The translations under genes were made by a program, and so were the position numbers. A DNA stretch of 63,958 nucleotides, filler included, from Octopus bimaculoides (taxonomy: Eukaryota), in NCBI RefSeq assembly GCF_001194135.2. It is 8 parts of 7 records of this genome, joined end to end, with 100 filler letters (N's around TTAATTAATTAA, not from the genome) between each part and the next. Parts side by side here need not be neighbours in the genome. Positions count along the whole stretch, not along the records: positions 1 to 16,923 come from NC_068991.1; 7 more parts are not named here. One strand, given 5' to 3'. Positions 1 through 13,547 of the stretch are shown here, one piece after another; position 1 is the first letter of the stretch; every line of letters begins with the position of its first letter. A model generated the notes under the pieces. It searched no databases, had not been told where the DNA came from, and saw nothing but the letters and a program-made list of their open reading frames with translations.

Positions 1-15
1 TATATATAAACATAG

Positions 16-63
<48 letters not shown>

Positions 64-974
64 CGCGGGTGTGTATGCATGTATATATGAGATAATAGTT
101 TCAGTATTAATAGTGAAAGTAAATCACATTAAAATAGAGATATTATTGTTTCACTTTTGACACCTAATACTGAAATAATGTAAGAGATAAAAGATTGCTC
201 CGGGCTCGCATTAGGCAAGAAGTTGAAGATTTTTTTTTACCCATAACACTGCATGGACCCTAAAGTGAGGTATTTTGAAAATTTGAATGAAATCGTTTGT
301 GTAGTTCTCGAGTTTTAAGGATTCACACAGACATACAGATACACATTGTCAGTTTTATATATCAAGATGTATACACACACACAGTAAATAGCTGTGTATC
401 TTGGGATGCCTGTGTGTCTGTGTTTGGTTTAGTGTGTGTAGTTTCGGGTGCGTGTGTTAAAAATATCAATTAAAAACATTTTTTTAAAAATTATATTCGT
501 TTCTATTTATATGTCATGTCTGTTAAGGTTTACTCAGGTGTGAAATTAATATTAATTAAATTCTATGTATATTTCAAATACATCTTATGTATCTTAGAAT
601 TATATCTTAGAATATAGATCTACATTTCACGTATTGAAAATATTCATTCGTACATATACATACATACATACATACATACATACATNNNNNNNNNNNNNNN
701 NNNNNNNNNNNNNNNNNNNNNNNNNNNNNNNNNNNNNNNNNNNNNNNNNNNNNNNNNNNNNNNNNNNNNNNNNNNNNNNNNNNNNNNNNNNNNNNNNNNN
801 NNNNNNNNNNNNNNNNNNNNNNNNNNNNNNNNNNNNNNNNNNNNNNNNNNNNNNNNNNNNNNNNNNNNNNNNNNNNNNNNNNNNNNNNNNNNNNNNNNNN
901 NNNNNNNNNNNNNNNNNNNNNNNNNNNNNNNNNNNNNNNNNNNNNNNNNNNNNNNNNNNNNNNNNNNNNNNNNN

Positions 975-1019
<45 letters not shown>

Positions 1020-1355
1020 TGTATGTGTGCGTGTCAATCGCTCACTACTAAATGTGTGGTATCTTTTATAATGCATCTTATGATATATAGGTTAAAGAAA
1101 GAAGGCGGATGTGAGAGTTCGATTGTATTGATCGTAATACAGAGTGATATATTAATATCAGTGGAATCGGATTAGCATGGATGTTAAGCATACACACACA
1201 CATACACACACACATACACACACCGATAGATAAATGTATAATACAGGACTTTCGAATAGTTCTTTTCAGATTGTTACCCTGTAACCAGGTATTTTCTACC
1301 ACTTAGCAGTCTATAGAGATAACAGCATACATCCGTCATTATTCTTTGTTGTGAA

Positions 1356-1567
1356 TGCGGTGAGCTGGCAGAATCGTTAACACGCCGGGCGGAATGCTTA
1401 GCGGTATTTCGTTTGTCTTTACTTTCTGAGTTCAAATTCCGCCGAGGTCGACGTTGCCTTTCAGCCTTTCGGGGTCGATAAATTAAGTACCAGTTGCATA
1501 CTAGGGTCGATCTAATCGATTGGCCCCCTCCCCAAAAATTTCAGGCCTTGTGCCTAGAAAAGAAAAG
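1356..1567 (+). mobile_element. SINE family A copy (tRNA-related head), flanked by an 18-bp target-site duplication
   Basis: GAGCTGGCAGAATCGTT...GAGTTCAAATTCC (B-box-like)...GGCCTTGTGCC; same sequence recurs several times in the window; ATTATTCTTTGTTGTGAA at 1338-1355 and 1568-1585. Confidence 0.85.
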
Positions 1568-1585
1568 ATTATTCTTTGTTGTGAA

Positions 1586-2030
1586 GACAACGAGCCGGAA
1601 GTATCGTTAGTACGCCGGGCAAAATACCCAGCGGCATTTTGTCCGTCTTTATGTTCTAAGTTCAAATTCCGCCGATATTGACTTTGCTTTTCATCCTTTT
1701 GGAGTCCATAGTATAAGTACCAGCTGAGCACTGGGATCGATATAATCAATTTATCCCTCTCCCGAAATTGCTGGCCTTGTGCCAAAACTCGAAACCAATA
1801 AGGCAATGATTTAAGGTGGCGAGCTGGCAGGATTGTTAGCACCCAAGCAAGATACTTAGCGGCATTTCGTCCGTCTTTATGTTCTGAGTTCAAATTCAGC
1901 CGAGGTCCATTTTGCCTTTCATCCTTTCTGAGCCGCCGAAATAAGTACCAATTGAGCAATGTTGAAATCGGTAATCGGCGTACCCACGCCCCTAAAATTG
2001 CTGGCCTTGTGCCAAAATTTGAAATCAATA
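1586..2030 (+). mobile_element. Two further tandem SINE family A copies (1586-1800, 1815-2030)
   Basis: Colinear similarity to the 1356-1567 copy, including GTTCAAATTC and GGCCTTGTGCC. Confidence 0.8.
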
Positions 2031-3124
2031 TTCTTTGTTACAACACATTTTGAATCTGATGCAATCATAGCTGTTTGGTTATGAACTTCAATTTGGAATT
2101 ATGAAGTTCGGTGTTCGATTCCACTGCTCTGCTCTGTAGTTTTTTTTATAGGAGCACGCGATCATATCTCGGTACTCATAGATAAAATGAAGATTTTAAA
2201 AACTTACTGCCAACATCTGCTATCTTCATAATTTTGGCAGTCATCGTTGTATTGAACTTCACTTAATATTCTATTTCTGACACTAGAATAAAGATAGGAA
2301 GAATTATATGTTAAACTATGGGGTGTTGCCAAAGTCCAGATAGATATGCTGTCGGCAAAATAATTGAAACAAAGCTATCATGCTTTTTTGTTTTTGTGCG
2401 TGTTTATGCGTAAACCTTATTCAAGCCGCAGCATGGAGAAGGCGAGTCATAATTTTCTGCATTGCCTGGTGGATGATAAGATGCCGAAGTTATTTAAATA
2501 ACAATGTCATCAACGGAGATCAACAATTATTTTGGCGTGTTTCCATAGAAAGTTCACCCATTGCATGCTTTGTAGCTTCAGCTAAAACTTGAAGCCCATG
2601 GGAAGTTTGCTGAAATTCTTCAGCCATGCATTATTGCTGCTTCGGGTGCAGGAGGTTAAACTTTAATTAAAACAAATAAGATAATGAAACAAGTAAAAAA
2701 CATTGTTCTAAAACAATTCGCTTCTGCATAGCAACGTCAGTGTTATTGATTGTATAGCTTTGAACCCTATAACTTGATGCTCATTAACTCGCTTTCGTCT
2801 ACTTGTAGCTGAACTACAGATACTACCTCCATATTCTCTGCTTGTGTTACTTTCAACTCCACTGTGTACACATGCAATGCAATCCCTTTCAATTAACCCG
2901 GCTTTTCTTCATTCTACCAATTTCAATAAATGGTACGCAGCGGCCGGCGAAAGGGGCTCTAAGTGGTCGCACAATGTGACAGAAATGACAGCTAAAGAAC
3001 CCTCAAACTATACTAAACGGTTTTTTGTTAAAGAACAGGGCGTAAGAATGTGTCGTCTTACAAAACACTCCAAAAGGCCACCACCTGCAATACTTTCGAT
3101 TGTAGACTTTCTTGTAAACAACAA

Positions 3125-3185
<61 letters not shown>

Positions 3186-3263
3186 GAGGGGTTGCCCTAC
3201 AGTTAGCGTCTTCCAAATTCATTCACATTCGACAAAGGGCTACTTTATGATAGATAGAAAGAC

Positions 3264-3313
<50 letters not shown>

Positions 3314-3599
3314 GTAGGTAGGTAGGTAGGTAGGTAGACACACGGAGAGGCAGAGACTGAATGACGGATAAATAGACAGCCAGAGAGGCAGACAGACAAT
3401 TGTATTGTAATTACTCTGTCATTAATCAAAGTTATGCGTTTGCTAGTGATGGCGTAAATAATTCATTAGATTTGAAACATGGTATTTATGGAACAAAATA
3501 TTTATAAGTAGTCAAACATTTGATGGAAAATGTATTAATTGAAGCAATAATAGAAAATAACATCAAATGGTGTATATTTTATAGAAAACATAGATGCAT

Positions 3600-3631
<32 letters not shown>

Positions 3632-5479
3632 NNNNNNNNNNNNNNNNNNNNNNNNNNNNNNNNNNNNNNNNNNNNNNNNNNNNNNNNNNNNNNNNNNNNN
3701 NNNNNNNNNNNNNNNNNNNNNNNNNNNNNNNNNNNNNNNNNNNNNNNNNNNNNNNNNNNNNNNNNNNNNNNNNNNNNNNNNNNNNNNNNNNNNNNNNNNN
3801 NNNNNNNNNNNNNNNNNNNNNNNNNNNNNNNNNNNNNNNNNNNNNNNNNNNNNNNNNNNNNNNNNNNNNNNNNNNNNNNNNNNNNNNNNNNNNNNNNNNN
3901 NNNNNNNNNNNNNNNNNNNNNNNNNNNNNNNNNNNNNNNNNNNNNNNNNNNNNNNNNNNNNNNNNNNNNNNNNNNNNNNNNNNNNNNNNNNNNNNNNNNN
4001 NNNNNNNNNNNNNNNNNNNNNNNNNNNNNNNNNNNNNNNNNNNNNNNNNNNNNNNNNNNNNNNNNNNNNNNNNNNNNNNNNNNNNNNNNNNNNNNNNNNN
4101 NNNNNNNNNNNNNNNNNNNNNNNNNNNNNNNNNNNNNNNNNNNNNNNNNNNNNNNNNNNNNNNNNNNNNNNNNNNNNNNNNNNNNNNNNNNNNNNNNNNN
4201 NNNNNNNNNNNNNNNNNNNNCACACACTCACACACACACACACATATATATATATATGCGTCTCCACAAAGGTATGTAAAGCAGACATACAAGTCTACTC
4301 GTGCGCGCTCTAGTTATATATATTTTATTAGCAACCTGGATACAGTCTGAAATATATATTTCTGTTCTTTTGCTCTCAATAAATCTGCTTGTTTGTCTAC
4401 ATGTATGTGTGTATGTATATGCGTATACACGTATGTTTACGTATGAGTGTGTATATATTTGTATATATTTATTTCACCACCCATTTGTGTGGCAGCGGAA
4501 GTAATTGTTACCTGCATGAATATGCATATATAGCTATCTATCTATCCGTGTGTTTATTTGTATTTAATTTGTCAACAGTAACGTGTATATATGTATGTAT
4601 CTATCTATCTATCTATCTCTCTCTCTATATATATATATTCCGGTCAATAATCCTTTTCTTCCTTGGCTATCGCCGAGCAAACACGCGTAACTACTTCGTC
4701 CCTTTCAAGTTCGTGCCTCACAGCGTTCATACACAAATAATTTTTCTCGTCTGGCCGTAAAGCCTTTTCTGTTTGTTTTCCTGTCTTGTTTTTTGTCCGC
4801 CACTACATTCCTCCATGGCAAGATTTAATTTCTGTATACAAATTTAATTTGCGGTCCATGGGAAGAGCCGTTTTAACGATGCGTCCTGCCTAGCTCTTCG
4901 AAACGCCGGNNNNNNNNNNNNNNNNNNNNNNNNNNNNNNNNNNNNNNNNNNNNNNNNNNNNNNNNNNNNNNNNNNNNNNNNNNNNNNNNNNNNNNNNNNN
5001 NNNNNNNNNNNNNNNNNNNNNNNNNNNNNNNNNNNNNNNNNNNNNNNNNNNNNNNNNNNNNNNNNNNNNNNNNNNNNNNNNNNNNNNNNNNNNNNNNNNN
5101 NNNNNNNNNNNNNNNNNNNNNNNNNNNNNNNNNNNNNNNNNNNNNNNNNNNNNNNNNNNNNNNNNNNNNNNNNNNNNNNNNNNNNNNNNNNNNNNNNNNN
5201 NNNNNNNNNNNNNNNNNNNNNNNNNNNNNNNNNNNNNNNNNNNNNNNNNNNNNNNNNNNNNNNNNNNNNNNNNNNNNNNNNNNNNNNNNNNNNNNNNNNN
5301 NNNNNNNNNNNNNNNNNNNNNNNNNNNNNNNNNNNNNNNNNNNNNNNNNNNNNNNNNNNNNNNNNNNNNNNNNNNNNNNNNNNNNNNNNNNNNNNNNNNN
5401 NNNNNNNNNNNNNNNNNNNNNNNNNNNNNNNNNNNNNNNNNNNNNNNNNNNNNNNNNNNNNNNNNNNNNNNNNNNNNNT

Positions 5480-5547
5480 GACTTGTCAGTGAATTTGGTA
5501 GACGGAAATGGAAGTCCGTCGTATATATGTATATATATATATGTGTG

Positions 5548-5596
<49 letters not shown>

Positions 5597-5822
5597 TTTT
5601 GTTTGTGTGTCTATGTTTGTGCCCCCCACCATCACTTGACAACCGATGGTGGTGTGTTTACGTCCCCGTAATGTAGCGGTTGGGCAAAAGCGACCGATAG
5701 AATAAGTACTAGGCTTACAAAGAATAAGTCCTGGAGTCGATTTGCTCGACTAAATAGCGGTGCTCCAGCATGGCCGCAGTCATTTTACTTGTTTCAGTTA
5801 ATGACTAAAACAAGTAAAAGAG
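5480..5822 (+). mobile_element. SINE family B, 3' part
   Basis: GGTAGACGGAAA...(TG)n...GACCGATAGAATAAGTACTAGGCTTACAAAGAATAAGTCC...GCTCCAGCATGGCCGCAGTC shared with other family B copies. Confidence 0.8.
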
Positions 5823-6319
5823 TAAAATATTATGTGTGTGTTTGTGTCTGCATGTCCGTCCATATGTATGTATCTATCTATCTACCTATATATCTATATT
5901 TGTTTGTGTGTATGTGTGTATATACACACACAAATGCCTACATGCACAGGCACAACAATAAACTGAAAGAAATAAAGAAATAAAAAAACAAACATTTCAT
6001 ATACACACGCACAGTTTTATTTAAATATACATAAAGATCGAATAATTATGGGGATAATGTAGAAATTGTATCCGCTTCACCAGGTCATAATAAAAGTAAA
6101 TATATGCGCTTGGCATACATACACACAGCCACACACATGCATACACACAAATATGCATGTGTGTATGTATATATAGATGTGCGTGTGTGTCTGTCTATCT
6201 GACTGTTTGTCTGTCTGTGTGAATGTATGCTTACATATGTATATGTACATTTACACACACACAATTTTGACACAGCCAAGCCCACAGTGTGTGTGGGTTT
6301 GTGTGTGTGTGTGTGATAA

Positions 6320-7880
6320 CCGGACCGAAAAGTAATTGCACATGTTGACGAGTACCTTTTCCTCAGCACAAAGGTTCTGTATAGCCTAGCATCCATCACA
6401 AGCAATGCATTCGCGCCATCTTTGAACCCAACTTGAGTCCTCTTTGAGAAATTTATTCAGATGTGTGCTGCTTATACGTATTTTTTCACAACCATTTTCA
6501 CTTTCTCTTTGTCATCAAATTTCTGTACCCGAATATTGCGCTTGATTGGACCGAATAGGTAGCAGTCGGGGGTAACTAGAACCCGAGCTGTACAACGGAT
6601 TGGTGATAATTTACAAAGCCACTTTGGCGGTTGCCTGTTTTCTTGTCAAAGATGTGTGTGATTGTGCGTTGTCATGGTTAATGTTAAACGTTTTTACATT
6701 ATAATTCGATCTCATCTTACTGATGGCTTCTCTAATCTTTTTGATAATGTACGGATCACTGTTCATGTTATGTCGACGCCCCCAAGCGAAGAAGTAGGAT
6801 CGCCCAAGACATATAAATGGAGGTAGGCTAGCCGTGGTAAGGAGTTGAGTACCTGTTGAGTAGCTCTTGAGTAGCCGTCATGTAGCGGTTGAGTAGAGAT
6901 CATCCGACGGTGCTAGACAGCAGTAGCTCGAGACATAACAGTTCAACCTCTCTTGGTTCTTTCGGCACAAATTTCTCTCACTCTCTCCTCCTGCATCTAG
7001 CAGCTCACCAGCGACGGATCGGCGTCCCGTCCAGGTGGGGAACCTATACGCCAATGAAACCAGGAAACCAGCCCCAATGAGCCAGCCATGGTTCGAGAAG
7101 GAACACGCAACAACAACAGTTCGCTGTTCATATTATTATCACTTTCTGGAAATATCAAGGAAAATGACAATCGCCATAACTTTCTGTGCCACTCAGCCGC
7201 TTTTGAATTTCATAGATCGTAGGGAAGAAGCGTGACGGCTTTCCAAGAACTAAACTTTAGTTTCCGGATCATACAAAATGCTGACATGCTTCTTCCATTG
7301 TCATATAACTGGAAACATTAGCTTCAGATACTTTCAACAGATTAGAGTAGGCTTTCAAACGCCTCTCCTTCAAATGCCATGGTACTCGCTTTGCACACAC
7401 ACTCTGACAAGTTTTCCACAACATTCTGTAATGTATTTTGAGCGCAGACGAATTGTGTGGTAAACATTACTTCTGATTCGTCTGTCTGAGCTAATCAGTT
7501 CATCTACTCGTTCACGATTCGTGTCAGAGATCACAGTTAGTATTCTTACACTGCGTGCTTTGTTTTCGACGATGAGTTCCCTTTCTTTTAAATTTCTTCA
7601 TCTATCTACACACAATTGTCTTATCATTGCGGTTATCTCCGTAAACAATCTGTAAGCTTCTGCGGATGGCGGTCACCTGCACCTCCTTCTTTCGTTAAGA
7701 ACTCGTTGACGACACGTTGCTTCTGCTTCGAAGGCTGTATTTTCCTGCAGTGAAGAACAGGAAGAACAGTTTCTATAGAGGCATGTTTACTCTATTCAAT
7801 GTGCAATTTAAATAATGTATTTCAATTAAAAGTCATGCCCCGCCATTTTCAGTACTTTTAGTTCAACACTCGCGTCTAGA
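6320..7880 (-). mobile_element. Decayed mariner (DD34D-type) transposase element, interrupted by a retroelement insertion
   Basis: Manual minus-strand translation with stops and frameshifts: KQRVVNEFLTKEG (N-terminus), VCAKRVPWHL (WVPxxL), QKVMAIV, KIREAISKMRS...NHDNAQSHTS, LYSS..LVTPDCYLFGPIKRNIRVQKFDDKEKVK (YSPDLAP region). Confidence 0.85.
6772..7120 (+). mobile_element. RTE-like LINE/SINE 3' fragment with (CAA)n tail inserted in the mariner
   Basis: Ends GGTTCGAGAAGGAACACGCAACAACAACA; flanked by TCACTGTTCATGTTAT (6756-6771) and TCGCTGTTCATATTAT (7121-7136), 14/16 identical; mariner coding resumes on both sides. Confidence 0.7.
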
Positions 7881-8005
7881 TATATATGTGTGTGCGTGTG
7901 TGTGAGCGTGCTTGTGTGTGTAGAGAGAGAGAGAGAGAGAAAGAGGGAGAGAGACGAGAGTTGTGTAATGTAGAGTGTGCATGAGTCAATATAGCTTACT
8001 TATGC

Positions 8006-8043
<38 letters not shown>

Positions 8044-9122
8044 NNNNNNNNNNNNNNNNNNNNNNNNNNNNNNNNNNNNNNNNNNNNNNNNNNNNNNNNN
8101 NNNNNNNNNNNNNNNNNNNNNNNNNNNNNNNNNNNNNNNNNNNNNNNNNNNNNNNNNNNNNNNNNNNNNNNNNNNNNNNNNNNNNNNNNNNNNNNNNNNN
8201 NNNNNNNNNNNNNNNNNNNNNNNNNNNNNNNNNNNNNNNNNNNNNNNNNNNNNNNNNNNNNNNNNNNNNNNNNNNNNNNNNNNNNNNNNNNNNNNNNNNN
8301 NNNNNNNNNNNNNNNNNNNNNNNNNNNNNNNNNNNNNNNNNNNNNNNNNNNNNNNNNNNNNNNNNNNNNNNNNNNNNNNNNNNNNNNNNNNNNNNNNNNN
8401 NNNNNNNNNNNNNNNNNNNNNNNNNNNNNNNNNNNNNNNNNNNNNNNNNNNNNNNNNNNNNNNNNNNNNNNNNNNNNNNNNNNNNNNNNNNNNNNNNNNN
8501 NNNNNNNNNNNNNNNNNNNNNNNNNNNNNNNNNNNNNNNNNNNNNNNNNNNNNNNNNNNNNNNNNNNNNNNNNNNNNNNNNNNNNNNNNNNNNNNNNNNN
8601 NNNNNNNNNNNNNNNNNNNNNNNNNNNNNNNNNNNNNNNNNNNNNNNNNNNNNNNNNNNNNNNNNNNNNNNNNNNNNNNNNNNNNNNNNNNNNNNNNNNN
8701 NNNNNNNNNNNNNNNNNNNNNNNNNNNNNNNNNNNNNNNNNNNNNNNNNNNNNNNNNNNNNNNNNNNNNNNNNNNNNNNNNNNNNNNNNNNNNNNNNNNN
8801 NNNNNNNNNNNNNNNNNNNNNNNNNNNNNNNNNNNNNNNNNNNNNNNNNNNNNNNNNNNNNNNNNNNNNNNNNNNNNNNNNNNNNNNNNNNNNNNNNNNN
8901 NNNNNNNNNNNNNNNNNNNNNNNNNNNNNNNNNNNNNNNNNNNNNNNNNNNNNNNNNNNNNNNNNNNNNNNNNNNNNNNNNNNNNNNNNNNNNNNTATAT
9001 ACGTGTGTGTATTTGGGTGTCTTCGTTGATAATGGGACATGCACGAAGCGGACTCCTTCCAAACTATAAGGTAGATTTCTAGCGTTTTATACTTTTTAAG
9101 TTTTAGAGTCCACATTCCGGCC

Positions 9123-9136
9123 GTTTCCATGGCAAT
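9123..9136. promoter_or_regulatory. RFX X-box-like motif
   Basis: GTTTCCATGGCAAT, one mismatch from GTTNCCATGGNAAC; motif match only. Confidence 0.2.
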
Positions 9137-9834
9137 ATGACAAGTTCATTGCAACCAAATCGGACGTAGTGTGGCCTCAACAATACGAGTGTGTGAGAGA
9201 TAAGGAGACAGAAGGATTCAAAGAAAAGCAGAGAGAGAGAGAGAGAGAGAGAATGTGTGTGTGAGTGAGGGTGTGTTTACGTGCGCATTAATTACTTAGT
9301 GTGTAAATAATTGTTTGACATTTAATGTGATGTGGTATGTTTGATCAATACAGCCAGTGTCTGGTTTAACTAGTTTTATATTCTAAAACTCGTATTTGAT
9401 CTCGCTCTATTAGTTGTCCTATCTAGATTTTCCACCTTAGCATCTGACAGTGATTCTTGTATGAACTTTATGTCAACAATTCATCATTCCATTCCACCAA
9501 TGATTAATGTAAATACTTTGCTAAACTTATGTGAAACTCCTAAAGATTACAGTTAGGTCGTATATGACGTTGCTTTCTAAATAATGTAAGTAACTCACTT
9601 GTTGTAGAGCAAGTTATATACTGTTATGTAATTACGCAAATTCTTCAATATGAAGGAATCTTGAAAATTTCAAGGTTGTTGTTTGATCTATTTTACAGCA
9701 TTGAACATAGACCGTCATCTATGGCAACATTATGTCAAACCTACATTTTCTCATTGACATCTCTTATGACCTCTATGAACGCTTAAAAATAATGTGGTAG
9801 GCAGGTAGGTACACATACATGGTTATTTGGTGAA

Positions 9835-10130
9835 ATCGGTGGCTTTGCAGCCAAGTAGTTTCGTGTTCAGTACCGATGCGCGGCACTCTGAGTAAGTGTC
9901 CTCTATTATAGCACTAGGTCGACTAATGCCTTGTGAGAGAATTTGATCGAACGAAACTGTGCAGAACGCCATCGTGCGTGTGTGTTTGTGTGTGTGTGTG
10001 TGTGTGGTTGTGTTCCGCAAGCCATATCGATTGAATAAGTAACAAACTTAAAAATGAGAACTGGTGTCTGTTTGTTCGACTAATCCCTTCAAAGCCGTGC
10101 CCCAGTGACCGAAAAGAGTAGAAACAAGTA
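9835..10130 (+). mobile_element. Diverged SINE family B copy
   Basis: GTGGCTTTGCAGCCAAGTAG...GTGTCCTCTATTATAGC...AGAATTTGATCGAACGAAACTG resembles the family B head. Confidence 0.55.
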
Positions 10131-10806
10131 AAGGTGCCGAAATAACTATGCTGCAGTACTTAACATCGTCACTTCTATATCCTAATTTCGAATCTCACTA
10201 AGAAGGCTACGATTAAGCTTTACCTATTCTACTTTCTCAGGTGTTACTTTTGCTCTTTGCGTAGATTTTGGTGCTGTTGATGTATATGTGGTTGATTAGT
10301 CCTAATCGAATCCTTAACGAGCAACCAAGGTAAAAGAAATGTTCCAGCATTGTCCTCCAGTTTGTACATCCAGGTCGATATTTTCTGTTGCCTCATTGTT
10401 ATCCAACGCAGGAGACTGTCAGCTAAGGAATATTCATCTATTATTTCCATCAGTTCGTCCAAACATATCTTTGCTTTCCGCGTTATCTCGAGTAAATACC
10501 AATACTATAATTCCCGACTCCATAAAGTTGTACAGCCGATCGAAGTTCGTAAGTTCGAAAGGAAATAGCGGAGCTTCGACGTGTTCACATTAATTCACAA
10601 ATAGCACATTCCACCTAGTTTTAGATTAATAACACACGTGACACACACACATTGTTATTTCAGTTTGCGACGGCGTCCTGTATTTGTTGATAATTACTTT
10701 AACATGTAATAGTGAATGCCATTCTTGAAATGCTTGTCGCATACATGGATTACACAAGGCGGAGAAGTTATACAAAGACAGCATGGAGAGGAGTGAGAGT
10801 GTTTTA

Positions 10807-10849
<43 letters not shown>

Positions 10850-12084
10850 NNNNNNNNNNNNNNNNNNNNNNNNNNNNNNNNNNNNNNNNNNNNNNNNNNN
10901 NNNNNNNNNNNNNNNNNNNNNNNNNNNNNNNNNNNNNNNNNNNNNNNNNNNNNNNNNNNNNNNNNNNNNNNNNNNNNNNNNNNNNNNNNNNNNNNNNNNN
11001 NNNNNNNNNNNNNNNNNNNNNNNNNNNNNNNNNNNNNNNNNNNNNNNNNNNNNNNNNNNNNNNNNNNNNNNNNNNNNNNNNNNNNNNNNNNNNNNNNNNN
11101 NNNNNNNNNNNNNNNNNNNATATATATACATGTATGTGTATATGTATTTATATATTGTATGTGTTGATATATATATATATATATATATGAACACATACAA
11201 TATATACATACATATACATATATAATATATATATTTCTTCTAAGCCGATTTAGCGTCTTTCAAATAATTTCGATGATTCGTTTATAGTGACCAAATGTAC
11301 GTTGTACATTAGCTCACGCCCTCTATCAAATTGGCATTGCCTGAACAGGTGCACGGTGTACTATGTGTACTAAAGGCAAAATATAGCACGGTGTACTAAA
11401 GGCAAATTCATTGCAGTTACCATTTAGGAAAACTTTTGCTTATGATAAAAGGTGTAAAACAACTTATTTGTCTAGTGTTTCCCTTTTGCATTCCCAGGCG
11501 CACGTTTTTGGCTCTTTCGCCTTCCTGAAAAGAAAAAAAACCGAAGAGAGATAACCCTTGGCAAATTCCAAGCCCTATCTTTAAGGAAAATGCAGGCAAA
11601 ATTATCGCACCTTTTACCATAACAGATTTTGTCACCGCGGTAACTGCAGTGAATTTGACAGTGAATTTTAACTTACTCTTAACCACTGCTTAGCGCCGAT
11701 ATTGATATATTTATCTCGACCAGGTGGTCCAATAGTGCAACTCAATCACTTATGTTGACTACTTTTTAGTTAAAGCCACATCACTGACCCTGTCAAGCAT
11801 TATCTTTCTCCGGTGTTTCCCATTCATCAAGGCCAAAGTGCCAGAAACGTATTTCTGGGAATCCGATAGGAGGAAACCCGGGCCATATTTCTTCTCCGCA
11901 GTAAAAAATTTGACTTCAGAAGATAAACTATGTTACAAACATATTTTCACAAACCTAAAGGTAGTTTATATATATATATGTAAATTGTCTGTGTGTGTAC
12001 GTGTGTATGCATGCATATGTGTATGCATGTATGTATGTATGTATGTATGTATGTATGTATGTATGTATGCATGTATGTATATAC

Positions 12085-12385
12085 TATTTTACTTGTTTCA
12101 GCCATTTGACTACGGCTATGCTGGAGCACCGACTTTAGTCGAGCAAATCGACCCCAGGACTTATTCTTTGTAAGCCTAATACTTGTTCTATCGGTCTCTT
12201 TTGCCGAACCGCCAAGTTACGGGGACATAAACACACCACCATCGGTTGTCAAGTGATGTTGGGGAAACAAACACAAACACACAGATACACACACTCATAT
12301 ATATATATATATATATANNNNNNNNNNNNNNNNNNNNNNNNNNNNNNNNNNNNNNTATATATACATACATATATACGACACAAAG

Positions 12386-12416
<31 letters not shown>

Positions 12417-12423
12417 TATGTAT

Positions 12424-12454
<31 letters not shown>

Positions 12455-12590
12455 TACACGACAAGCTTATCCCAGTTTCCGTCAACCGAATCTTCTCACA
12501 AGGCTTTGGTCCAAGGAGCCACGCAGTAGTACTGAACCCAAAACCATGTGGTTGGTTAGCAAGCTTCTTACCAGACAGCCACTCTTGCAC
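12085..12590 (-). mobile_element. SINE family B copy (spans a small gap)
   Basis: TTACTTGTTTCAGCCATTTGACTACGGCTATGCTGGAGCACC...CAAGGCTTTGG...AACCATGTGGTTGGTTAGCAAGCT matches copies at 31410 and 46200. Confidence 0.85.
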
Positions 12591-12625
12591 TTGTGTGTAC
12601 GTATGTACGTTTTCAGATATGCATG

Positions 12626-12665
<40 letters not shown>

Positions 12666-13547
12666 TATGACGAGATATCGATAGGCAAACAGACGGACAG
12701 AAAGACAGACGCCGAGAAAAGCGTCCTAATACTTCTTCATCAGCTTGATCTAAATATTCACTGATCCGACATAGATTATCGCCATATGAAGTTATCTGGG
12801 GTGACGTTCTTACAGCCCTCTGAGCATATTAGAAGTTGCAAAATACGCTCGGGTCGATTTGAAATCGTTTCCCACTCATTCTTGACCTTGCAACAAAGAA
12901 ATCGTTCTTATTATTGCGTAGTCAATAGATCTGTTTTAGATTGTTTTGTTGATATTGCAGCTGTTGTTATTTTGGCAATATATTAATGTAAACACGTCAA
13001 AAATAAATATAAATATATAACTGACAAAAGAAACACGCCCAGATAGACTTAGTTTTAAGAAAGAGCTGTCTTGTCGTATACAAAATTGCAACGTGTCCAA
13101 GTTTCAAAAATGTGAGATGAGAATTCCTTAATGAACCTCTCTCTTTAAATGTACTCAGCGTCGGACAAAATATGTAGTGGCATTTACTTAGATCTCTTAA
13201 TGTTTGAGTTATAATTTCGCTCATGTTGATTGGTCTTTCATTTTTACGGAGCCGCTAAAGGTAAATACTAGCCAAATACTGATGTCTATATAACTTCTTC
13301 GAACGTGGTAGACCAGTATGGTAGCAGCCTGATCACTGAAATAGTAAAAACCACAGAACATATAGAGAAGGAGAGAGAAGGAGAGAAGGAGAAGCGAAGA
13401 GTGTCTATTTATGGAATGGATAATTCCACTTTGACAACGTTGACAAGCAAGAGGTCAGAAATGCGTTTATGAAGAGAGACATGTTAAGAAACTAAGTAGA
13501 GATTTATGATCACGGATAGTTTACATATTAGTATTGTAGATTAACTA

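Noticed and set aside
1356-2030. Repeat-spacer-like periodicity resembling a CRISPR array
   Set aside because: Units are ~210-bp SINE copies found dispersed elsewhere; eukaryotic context, no cas genes.
4855-4909. GAAGAGC...GCTCTTC-GAAA hairpin resembling hammerhead stem II
   Set aside because: No CUGANGA upstream, and the 3' part is lost in a gap.
10244-10593. Overlapping ORFs on both strands in moderately GC-rich sequence
   Set aside because: Probably old TE coding debris, but no motif could be assigned.
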